In this document: positions 25,017 through 32,898 of the stretch, in pieces
Position numbering within the stretch: position 1 is the first letter of the stretch
How the letters are laid out: each line of letters begins with the position of its first letter
Source: a virus
Taxonomy: Duplodnaviria > Caudoviricetes
Direction: 5' to 3' (one strand)
Virus record (IMG/VR): IMGVR_UViG_3300031857_011941
Span: 1-35,524 of that record
DNA length: 35,524 bases
Translations under genes and position numbers: made by a program
The notes under the pieces: model-generated
Seen by the model: only the letters and a program-made list of their open reading frames with translations
What the model was told of the DNA's origin: nothing
The model's database searches: none

Positions 25017-27673
25017 TCAAATGCAAATAAACTTGTAAATGTGTTTTCTGTGTTGGTAGCACTTGCTAAAGCCCATTCCAACACACCCAGCAAGTTGTCA
25101 ACCTTTTGGTCCACAACAGTTGCTTCCATTAGTCCGTCATCAAACGGTAATTCCTTAAACCAATCTGGTAGGCGTTGTTCATCAGTGGGATAGCCGATGC
25201 TGGTCCAGCCAAGTGCATTTGACTTGAGCTTGCACACAATAGTTTTCATACCATCCACAATCTGCATTGAGTAGTTGTCACCATTCATCCTACGCATTTG
25301 ATTCCAGTTCATTGCGGCCCTAACATGCCCGGGCATGTTGGCTTTGCCAAGGCGAGCTTCTTCTGCCGCATACTTGGTCAAGTTATTCACACGCTTGGGC
25401 GAACCTTTTTCCCAACCTGGACGTTCCATAAACTCGTACTTGAATTCACGAATGCGTTCAATGATTGCTTCACGTGTGGCACCATGCAATGTACTATTTA
25501 GAATTTCCAACAAGAAGTCTTGAATAACCTTGGGTGTATCACTGCGCTTCAAGTCCAGCCCCATGGCCTTGGTCTTGCCTTTTTTGCCTTCTACATCCAG
25601 TCTTTTGCCTTCTAAGTCAATGATGTTTACAGCATAGCGTTTCTTTGTGATAAACAATCCGCGATCCGCGACCAGTTCACGGCCTGCCGCAATCAACGCA
25701 CCCATCTCTCTTGGACAATGAAATGCCTGTTCCATAAAGCCTGGGAAGCTAGCATTAACTTGTTCAGCAATAGAGTCATATAATGCAATGGCAGTTTCCT
25801 TTGACCACTCCATGCGACCTTCTTCCACTTCCTTCTTTAGCACTGGCCAAGCAGTAAAGTAGCAGGAGTCTGTATCACCATAAATGATAGCTTCGCCTGT
25901 GTGATCATAGATGCCTGTGATGCATTCGTTAATGTGTGCATCCATGTGCCGGGCAATGGCACGACCAGTTAGCGTGGTACTCTGTCCAATCCTGTGATCA
26001 AAGAATCTGCAACCTGAATTCAAAATAGCACCATACAAACTGTTCAAATTAATTTTCTTGACCAGTTGTCGCTTGTCCCAGAATGCTTCTTCTTTTTTGT
26101 CCTTGGCTGTTTTCTTCTTGGCCTGCAGTTCTTTACGTTCTGAGTACCAACGTTCCAGCAAGCCCGGAATGATACCCTTCTTCTCATATGTAAGGATGGT
26201 ACCATTTGCACTCATGATCCAGGGCTGATTGCTGTCAAACATGATGGTCCAAATCTCAGCCGCCGAGTGTGTGCTTTCTGTGCCATCTTGCCAGTCAATG
26301 GTGATCTCTGTGCCACGTTGTTGTTCCATCACAGCAGTATATTCCAAACTGCCAAACAGACCCTCCCAAGCAGCCGCAAAACTTGCGCCTTTGGCCATCT
26401 TTTCTTTGATGTAGTGGTCAGTCATGATAGGACGCAGTTGCCCCACCACAGTTTCTGGACCCATGTTCATGGCACGAATGGCCGAAGGATACAGACTGTT
26501 AATGTCAACTGATCCAATCCAATCATGCAAGCCCTTTTTAGGATAAGCTACATACGCACCTGCGGCCTGTGTGTCATCATCTGTAAGACGTTGCTTGCGA
26601 TTGGGTACCACCATGCCACGTTCATGGGCTTCATTGATAATAGCTTGCTCAGTCACTGCCACAGCACCCATGGTGGTCTGGAGCAACACAGTATTGGCAT
26701 GTGCCAGTTCACTTGCTAGAGCCAAGAACTGTAGTTTACGATCCAGTTTGTGTAATAGCAAGGTATCTTGTCTGTTGTATTCAATAAACTTTTTAAAGTG
26801 TTGATTGTATAGTTGATCCAGTGTGCCTTCAAACTGTGTCTTGCGTTCATTGAGTTCATATTCGCCAATGGCATCTAAACTGTAACTATGACGTTCTTCG
26901 TATGTGTACTTGCGATACAGTTGCATATAGTCCATATGCACACGACCAACCAAGTCATATGTTTGATTCTCACTGCCGAAGCGTTCGAACATGCGCATCT
27001 TAGGCAGTTGTCCCCACAAGCAGAATTTGCGTGTGTCGTCTTTGGATAGCACACGAGTGCAACGATTCACAGTATATGGAATATCGTAGCCCTCTGAGTT
27101 CCAGCCCGATAACACATCTGCATCTTCAATCAAGTCAAGGAATGTTTTGATCATGTCCTCTTCTCGTTCAAACAGTAGTGTGTTTTCAAAGTCCTTCACT
27201 AGTTCTTGTGCAGTCTCCCACGTCAGCCCCTTGGGCGGCACAGCTAGTGTAATCAATTGATCCAACCAGTTTAGGTAGACTGAGATTGCAGTGATGGGAT
27301 TGAATGGATCACTCACTGGCGAGAAACCTCGCTCTTTGTCAAAGTCTACCTCAATGTCGAAAAATGCAACATTGAGTTCTGGGGCGTCTTGGTCTTTGTA
27401 GTTTTCTTCTAAACAACGAAAGATTGGGTTGATATCACTCTCATACAATTGCTTGCTGGAGTGCATTTTGACTTCCTTGCGGAACTCTTTGTTGTTGCGG
27501 GTACTGAAACGACTAACAGGTGTGCCGTAGATGCTTTGGAACTTGCCTCGGGCATCGTCATAGTAGAAGATGTAGTTGGCAGGATACTCTTGGTATTTCC
27601 TCACGCCATCTCGGCGTTCTACCACATGAATGCGATCGTGTTCACGATCATAAAGTGCGTCAATATAACTCAT
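25013..27673 (-). CDS. polB: family B DNA polymerase (T4 gp43-like)
   Basis: Exo FDIEVD, WNSEGYDIPY, YNRQD; Pol DINSLYPS, KINLNSLYG, YGDTDS. Confidence 0.97.
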   Translation of the reverse strand: MSYIDALYDREHDRIHVVERRDGVRKYQEYPANYIFYYDDARGKFQSIYGTPVSRFSTRNNKEFRKEVKMHSSKQLYESDINPIFRCLEENYKDQDAPELNVAFFDIEVDFDKERGFSPVSDPFNPITAISVYLNWLDQLITLAVPPKGLTWETAQELVKDFENTLLFEREEDMIKTFLDLIEDADVLSGWNSEGYDIPYTVNRCTRVLSKDDTRKFCLWGQLPKMRMFERFGSENQTYDLVGRVHMDYMQLYRKYTYEERHSYSLDAIGEYELNERKTQFEGTLDQLYNQHFKKFIEYNRQDTLLLHKLDRKLQFLALASELAHANTVLLQTTMGAVAVTEQAIINEAHERGMVVPNRKQRLTDDDTQAAGAYVAYPKKGLHDWIGSVDINSLYPSAIRAMNMGPETVVGQLRPIMTDHYIKEKMAKGASFAAAWEGLFGSLEYTAVMEQQRGTEITIDWQDGTESTHSAAEIWTIMFDSNQPWIMSANGTILTYEKKGIIPGLLERWYSERKELQAKKKTAKDKKEEAFWDKRQLVKKINLNSLYGAILNSGCRFFDHRIGQSTTLTGRAIARHMDAHINECITGIYDHTGEAIIYGDTDSCYFTAWPVLKKEVEEGRMEWSKETAIALYDSIAEQVNASFPGFMEQAFHCPREMGALIAAGRELVADRGLFITKKRYAVNIIDLEGKRLDVEGKKGKTKAMGLDLKRSDTPKVIQDFLLEILNSTLHGATREAIIERIREFKYEFMERPGWEKGSPKRVNNLTKYAAEEARLGKANMPGHVRAAMNWNQMRRMNGDNYSMQIVDGMKTIVCKLKSNALGWTSIGYPTDEQRLPDWFKELPFDDGLMEATVVDQKVDNLLGVLEWALASATNTENTFTSLFAFE

Positions 27674-27749
27674 AGTCTCCGTTTGTGGCCGGTAAGCCGT
27701 GATTCATGCTCGTAACGTGAGCGACTCGCTGTTGAGACAGATATTTATA
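27674..27749 (-). promoter_or_regulatory. TATAAATA element plus structured 5' leader of polB
   Basis: Perfect TATAAATA at 27742-27749; GUCUC (27738-27734) can pair with GAGAC overlapping the SD; internal GCUC/GAGC and GGC/GCC hairpins. Confidence 0.5.
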
Positions 27750-28008
27750 GAGTTTTGCCAACGGTTTCTAAAATTGTTTCTAGTGTTTCGTGGTCTTGTT
27801 TCTCTTGACCAAAGCTGGCTTTGTGTGCTAACTTGACTGCTTTTTTAAGAATAGCAGGTTTAACTTCAAGTTCTTCCGCAACAGCTTTGATGGTGTCATT
27901 GAGACCACCTTGTAATGTATCAATTTCATGCATGACTTGCATGCCCTCGTTGATAATTTGCACGAGTTTGATCTTTTGATCGCCATTGAAAGTTTTGGGT
28001 TGTGACAT
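27745..28008 (-). CDS. small dsDNA-binding protein (T4 DsbA-like)
   Basis: 87-aa helical protein with IKAVAEELEVKPAILKKAVKLAHK and AAGGAG SD. Confidence 0.55.
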   Translation of the reverse strand: MSQPKTFNGDQKIKLVQIINEGMQVMHEIDTLQGGLNDTIKAVAEELEVKPAILKKAVKLAHKASFGQEKQDHETLETILETVGKTL

Positions 28009-28027
28009 AAAATACTCCTTGTTTTCT

Positions 28028-28056
28028 ATTGTATACTTGTTCTAGAGCAAAGTCAA
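28028..28056 (-). promoter_or_regulatory. sigma70-type promoter of the dsbA-like/polB operon
   Basis: TTGACT-17 nt-TACAAT. Confidence 0.8.
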
Positions 28057-28093
28057 ATAATGTTTGGTTCAATATAGCCAAATAAATATTTGT

Positions 28094-28975
28094 ATGCCAA
28101 AATTCCACGTTGAGATCAACAATGAGGTTGATTTCTACATCAATCTCTACGATACAGAACTTGCTGAACGATTCTATCAAGCCCATGCTGAGGTAAAACG
28201 AGAACATCCTGACTGGGCACAAGCCCGCCTCCAAGACTACAATCGATTCAACATCACATACTTTAAAGAACTGATTGCACAAGCACAAGCACAAAACATT
28301 GTGAATTGGTCACACTATGAAATATTGCCTGGAGCAGAAAACTATGCTGCCAATCAAGTGGTGTTTAATCACATGCATAGAGATGTAGAAGTCCGCGCTG
28401 GAATTGAGAAGTATGCTGGTCTTGAAGATGATCAGCGACTGTTGGTTGATGAACTGCATTGGTGTTTGCACAGCCTCGAATCTCCAGACGCTCCCAAGGA
28501 TTACAAATTTGTACCCAGAGATGTAGTACAGATTACCTATCGTGGTGAACTGGTGCGTCCTGAAATGCCCAAGGATACTGTGTTTAAAAAACAATTGTTA
28601 CCTGGAGAAATCATGCTAGATTATCCTTACGTGGGCAAGGAGCCCTTGTACTGCATCATGCACGATGATAACGACATGCTAGAACAAGCCTGTAAAATTA
28701 TTGAACACATCAGTTACAGCTGGAAATTGCATTTATCACCGAGAACAGCAACACAATGGGCCGGAGGACCACGTTGGCCCAGAGATGTTGATGCCGCCCT
28801 TACCGCGTGGTATTATCAATATCAAGACAGGCTTGATCGTATGGGATACGGACTAGATCTTATTTTAGCTAGATCTGGATTTTGTCCTGTAGGAATAGTT
28901 GACGACGTGTCTAAATTAGATTACGTGCGCCGCCAGCCTGTTATCAAACTTACCAACTACGAATTAATAGAATGA
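28094..28975 (+). CDS. hypothetical protein, probable paralog of 30984..31886
   Basis: FNHMH...ELHWCLHSLE...VGK...HDDN; ATAAATA ends 5 nt before ATG 28094. Confidence 0.65.
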   Translation: MPKFHVEINNEVDFYINLYDTELAERFYQAHAEVKREHPDWAQARLQDYNRFNITYFKELIAQAQAQNIVNWSHYEILPGAENYAANQVVFNHMHRDVEVRAGIEKYAGLEDDQRLLVDELHWCLHSLESPDAPKDYKFVPRDVVQITYRGELVRPEMPKDTVFKKQLLPGEIMLDYPYVGKEPLYCIMHDDNDMLEQACKIIEHISYSWKLHLSPRTATQWAGGPRWPRDVDAALTAWYYQYQDRLDRMGYGLDLILARSGFCPVGIVDDVSKLDYVRRQPVIKLTNYELIE

Positions 28976-30336
28976 AAAAAGACTTTCCTGAAATTGCTGT
29001 TGTCATGTACAACAATCTCCCTGCACGGTGCCACGAGGTTGAACAAAATCTCTGTGACTTTACCAAATTTAAAATCAATGGACAGCACAATCTCCATACC
29101 TACGAAACTAAAAACATTACTGAGATGCTGACCACTTTGTCTGCTACGCATCGATGGGCTGTGGTAATTGCTGCCGGAAACATTTTGCAAAGCCAAAAGT
29201 TAATCATGGATAGTGTAGAATATGCTAAAAAAGAAAATTCACCTCTGAGTTGTCACATACTAGATCGTGGCGGTTATTTTCACCTGCATCCGCAGTACTT
29301 TACCATTGACCTTGAAGTGTATCAATCACTTGGATTTCCTCCGTTTGAAGAAACACCCGGACCAGTTGATATCAACACTAAAATTACTGAGCGTAGTATA
29401 GACAATGTGCATGACGACTACACTCCTTGGTGGTTACACTCGGGAACTGAAACAAAAACCTATGCTAGCGATCAAGGATATTTTGGTATCAATGTTGTGG
29501 CCGCGATGATCAACGCTGGCCACAACATTGTTAACATACCTCGTGAACTTCGTCAAAGAAAAAACTACTGCTACCCTGAACATCAATTGGCAGAGATAAA
29601 AAAGTTGATTGCTGATCCGTTGTATGTGCCGGTCAACGACAATGGTCCAATTTGGTGGTTTGCACATGATCTAAGAATGATAACAGATGGATTACAGAAA
29701 GGGTACTACGTGATGAATACAGAACCTTTGTACCTAGACAACCCCAAGCTCAGTGATCAGGAATTTGATTGTTTTGTGGGAGTAGCCAGTGGTGTCAAAC
29801 CTGCATGTTTGATTGGCAAGTTAAAATTTGCTGACAATTCTCGTATAGTACTTGTAGACATCAGCCCTGCGGCACTGAAGTGGCAAAAACATCTGCTGGA
29901 ATCCTGGGACGGAGATTTCCGCACATTTGAAACAGTGTTTAGAGCATTTGAAAAACAAAACACTGATTTGATTCCTATCTATTTTAGAGACCAATCTTTT
30001 GAAAATCTGTTTGTTTGGTTTTTTGAAAACGTACAAATGGATTCAGTAGAATTTCAGCAATGCTGGAAACGATATCAAACCATGCAAGTAGAATTTGTGG
30101 AATTAAACCTACTAGAAACACCTAGCATGCAATATGTAGTTGATACCATTAATCAACACCAGCATGGTGCCTATGTGTGGTCAAGTAATTTGTTTCACAT
30201 GGACTATTTGAGTTTTTACCGCACTGACCGTTGGGCTAGAGACAAACTACTTGAGTTTGTTGGAAAATTACGCCAGGAAACTAAGATACCAGTGGCGTCA
30301 GAGTTTCTTTGTTTTCTTGAGTTTTATAACTGTTGA
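28972..30336 (+). CDS. hypothetical protein
   Basis: 454-aa ORF with a 4-nt overlap; HILDRG.YFHLHPQY, HDDYTP and LVDISPAAL motifs. Confidence 0.7.
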   Translation: MKKDFPEIAVVMYNNLPARCHEVEQNLCDFTKFKINGQHNLHTYETKNITEMLTTLSATHRWAVVIAAGNILQSQKLIMDSVEYAKKENSPLSCHILDRGGYFHLHPQYFTIDLEVYQSLGFPPFEETPGPVDINTKITERSIDNVHDDYTPWWLHSGTETKTYASDQGYFGINVVAAMINAGHNIVNIPRELRQRKNYCYPEHQLAEIKKLIADPLYVPVNDNGPIWWFAHDLRMITDGLQKGYYVMNTEPLYLDNPKLSDQEFDCFVGVASGVKPACLIGKLKFADNSRIVLVDISPAALKWQKHLLESWDGDFRTFETVFRAFEKQNTDLIPIYFRDQSFENLFVWFFENVQMDSVEFQQCWKRYQTMQVEFVELNLLETPSMQYVVDTINQHQHGAYVWSSNLFHMDYLSFYRTDRWARDKLLEFVGKLRQETKIPVASEFLCFLEFYNC

Positions 30337-31015
30337 CCAACAACGGTGCCAACTGGTGCATGTGGCACCCACCATGCACAATCATGTGAAAGCGATCCTC
30401 ATCGCTGTTGTTGTGTACGCAATGACGATAATGATTGTTAAAATAAAATGCACTGCCTGAATCTTTGAAGGGCAAGGTGCCTTGCTCGGTAACTAGCCTG
30501 CAACCTTCAGGGTTGTTCAAACTGATGTTGATTGCACCTCCCAAGAACGAATTCACGTTGTCACTGTGTGGAACAATATATCCGCCAGCTTCAAGCAACA
30601 TAAATCTCACTCGAGAATAGTGATGGTACGGCAAAATTTCTTTGAGAAACTTAACAGTTACCGGACACTGATCCTGTATCTCCGTCCAGTCGTACTTGGC
30701 AGTTTTAGAGTCTAATCCATATGTTTCGGCTACATTGGTCTTAGTAGCACTGATTCCGTGTACCGCTAGACTTTTCCATCCACGATGATGTTCTTCATCA
30801 GCACGATGTTCTACAAACATGTGTCGCAATGCTTGAGCTTCTGACAACATTTCTTCAAAGGGAATAGCAAGACCCTGCAGTTCAAGCCATGGTGCATGAC
30901 TGTGGTTAAAAATCCAGTTGCCTTGATACTCAGCTGAGCCTGCAGGCAACAAAGGGTACTGATATGTTTTATCAGCGTTCTCTTCAATGAAGCTTTTTAT
31001 AAGTGGTGTTGACAC
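30281..31015 (-). CDS. 2OG-Fe(II) oxygenase, Asp/Asn beta-hydroxylase-like
   Basis: RVRFMLLEAGGYIVPHSD (HxD) and HCVHNNSDEDRFHMIVH; the GTG start at 31015 is tentative. Confidence 0.8.
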   Translation of the reverse strand: MSTPLIKSFIEENADKTYQYPLLPAGSAEYQGNWIFNHSHAPWLELQGLAIPFEEMLSEAQALRHMFVEHRADEEHHRGWKSLAVHGISATKTNVAETYGLDSKTAKYDWTEIQDQCPVTVKFLKEILPYHHYSRVRFMLLEAGGYIVPHSDNVNSFLGGAINISLNNPEGCRLVTEQGTLPFKDSGSAFYFNNHYRHCVHNNSDEDRFHMIVHGGCHMHQLAPLLVNSYKTQENKETLTPLVS

Positions 31016-31886
31016 GTTTGTTACCTTGTAATTTTTTATGTATGATTTGCACAAGATCTTGGTCTTGTATGGCGCCAACAGGATAATCATATATCACCTG
31101 TTCAGGTGCCATGCCCCATCGAGCCAGCCATTGTTTAAAACTATCACTGTTGTATACTCGTTGTCTAAAATCACTGACCTGTATCAACAGTGACCCGTTG
31201 TTGCTGTGATGTCCTGTGGTATCCCAGTCATTGGGATTGTCACCATCTAAGTAGCTTCTAATGATAGACTTACCTAGTATCTGTGGACCAAATATAACTG
31301 ATGCATGTTGTGGACTATGATATTGACGATGTGCATTGTCCATCTTCCACCATCCAGGGTCATCAAATGCCGGTTCTTCACTGCAGTATATTTCATCAAA
31401 ACTAAAATCTGGCTCGTAATCTATATCAGCAGGCAAATACACTTCAATGGCATGAATTGCATCATTTAAGGATTGCAAAGAATTAGTTAGAGTGGTTCTT
31501 AGTAATTTGCTCAATTCAGATGGCATGCGAGACATATCTCTAACATTTACTGTTTGCTGAGTGTGTGTAAAAAATCTATGTAAACTATTGCACCAACTGC
31601 GATTTATATCTGCTGGAGTAAATGGCATTTTGTTTGGATACTCATATCCAAACTTGGCTAATTCTTTAACTTCTTTAACACAAATTTCTAAGTGTGTTTC
31701 TATAACTTCTTGATTGTAACGTCGGGGGACTGTGTTTGATGATATAAACCCCTGTGCAGTTCTTGGTACAGATAGTACAGAGTTGGCCCAGCTTTGCACA
31801 CCAGGATTATCCAGAAGATGTATTACAAGGTCAATTGGTTGATCTGGAAACTCAAATGTGATGACCATGGAGTTTTCATGCGGCAT
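30984..31886 (-). CDS. hypothetical protein, probable paralog of 28094..28975
   Basis: CNSLH...SLNDAIHAIE...LGK...DGDN...PVG. Confidence 0.65.
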   Translation of the reverse strand: MPHENSMVITFEFPDQPIDLVIHLLDNPGVQSWANSVLSVPRTAQGFISSNTVPRRYNQEVIETHLEICVKEVKELAKFGYEYPNKMPFTPADINRSWCNSLHRFFTHTQQTVNVRDMSRMPSELSKLLRTTLTNSLQSLNDAIHAIEVYLPADIDYEPDFSFDEIYCSEEPAFDDPGWWKMDNAHRQYHSPQHASVIFGPQILGKSIIRSYLDGDNPNDWDTTGHHSNNGSLLIQVSDFRQRVYNSDSFKQWLARWGMAPEQVIYDYPVGAIQDQDLVQIIHKKLQGNKRVNTTYKKLH

Positions 31887-32541
31887 GAACTATTATAATG
31901 TCTTTGTGTTGATATCTTTCGCACTGCAACCAATTGTTACTGGCATGCATTTGTAGTCTTGGAAACATACCCACAGTGCCTAGTTTGTACTGATAGATTC
32001 CGTCAAGTTCCATATAGTCTGTAAACATAGGATCTCCTTGATAACAATGCCCAAGATGATGCTCTTTGCTTAGATTGTTTTGTTGTTGGTATGTGTCATG
32101 ATGATCTTTGAAATATACCACTTCGCGATTGACATCTTCCCAAGATCGATATTGCTTTTTCCACACAATAGTTTTGAATTCAGGATCATCCATCATGGGA
32201 ATAATCAAACTAAAACAAGTTTCAGGATCAGGTTCGGTTATTATAGGATCTACGTGCAAGTGATGTGGCATCATCTGACGCTGATATGCAATATACAGTC
32301 CAGCTTTGGGTGGCAGACGCCTACGTACAATTTTTTCAACCAACTGGTACGCAGGATCTCGCCCATCAAGCACTACTCTTCGATCTAGAACACCGTTGTT
32401 ACTACGTCCAAATCTACGTTCTAAATGCTCGGGGTTCATGGTAAGATCTTGACCTTCGGACTCGATCCTTTTTGCCATGTCATTTTGCAACCAGGCAAGT
32501 TCTTCTGGAGCAACAATATCCAAACTTTCTACTTTTGTCAT
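31876..32541 (-). CDS. putative 2OG-Fe(II) oxygenase/cupin-like protein
   Basis: PHHLHVD (HxD), FSLIIP and distal MHASNNW...K. Confidence 0.55.
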   Translation of the reverse strand: MTKVESLDIVAPEELAWLQNDMAKRIESEGQDLTMNPEHLERRFGRSNNGVLDRRVVLDGRDPAYQLVEKIVRRRLPPKAGLYIAYQRQMMPHHLHVDPIITEPDPETCFSLIIPMMDDPEFKTIVWKKQYRSWEDVNREVVYFKDHHDTYQQQNNLSKEHHLGHCYQGDPMFTDYMELDGIYQYKLGTVGMFPRLQMHASNNWLQCERYQHKDIIIVHAA

Positions 32542-32551
32542 AGCAGTATAT

Positions 32552-32642
32552 AGCTCACTTTTGGGTTCACGGTAGCGAATCGTTACATCAAGGCAGCAGC
32601 CGCCTCACACTATCGGTAACAAGTTACCGGTCCTAAGGTGTG
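32552..32642 (-). ncRNA. candidate structured non-coding RNA
   Basis: CACAC/GUGUG enclosing CGGUAAC/GUUACCG; AGGCGG/CUGCCU hairpin; ACG/CGU hairpin whose loop UUCGCU can pair with downstream AGUGAG. Confidence 0.5.
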
Positions 32643-32648
32643 TTAGAG

Positions 32649-32888
32649 TTATTCAAATAATGGAACAGCGTTGGCGTAGGCCACCCACTCTTCAAATATA
32701 GCATTAGCGGCATCATTTGCGTCTGATGGATGTGCTGATGGATTTGCTTCTTGCCAGATTTTGTGCTTTGCAGCCGCTACCCACCATGCCGCCTGCCGCT
32801 CTGTATTGTCATTAATCCAGTCATCAAATCCAAGTTTGTCGTCATCATGTGTGGATACGTTTCCATTTGCGCTTCGATATATTGCCAT
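32649..32888 (-). CDS. small hypothetical protein
   Basis: 79-aa ORF with AAGGA SD. Confidence 0.65.
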   Translation of the reverse strand: MAIYRSANGNVSTHDDDKLGFDDWINDNTERQAAWWVAAAKHKIWQEANPSAHPSDANDAANAIFEEWVAYANAVPLFE

Positions 32889-32898
32889 AATATATTCC

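Noticed and set aside
25013-27673. Intein or intron in the DNA polymerase
   Set aside because: A single 886-aa ORF with all Exo and Pol motifs in order and no splicing or homing-endonuclease motifs seen
32600-32645. Plus-strand resemblance to a twister ribozyme (CCGCCU.ACACU...CCGGUCCUAAG)
   Set aside because: It lacks the UAA cleavage-site motif and the downstream strands needed to close the stems and pseudoknots, and the flanking genes are on the minus strand
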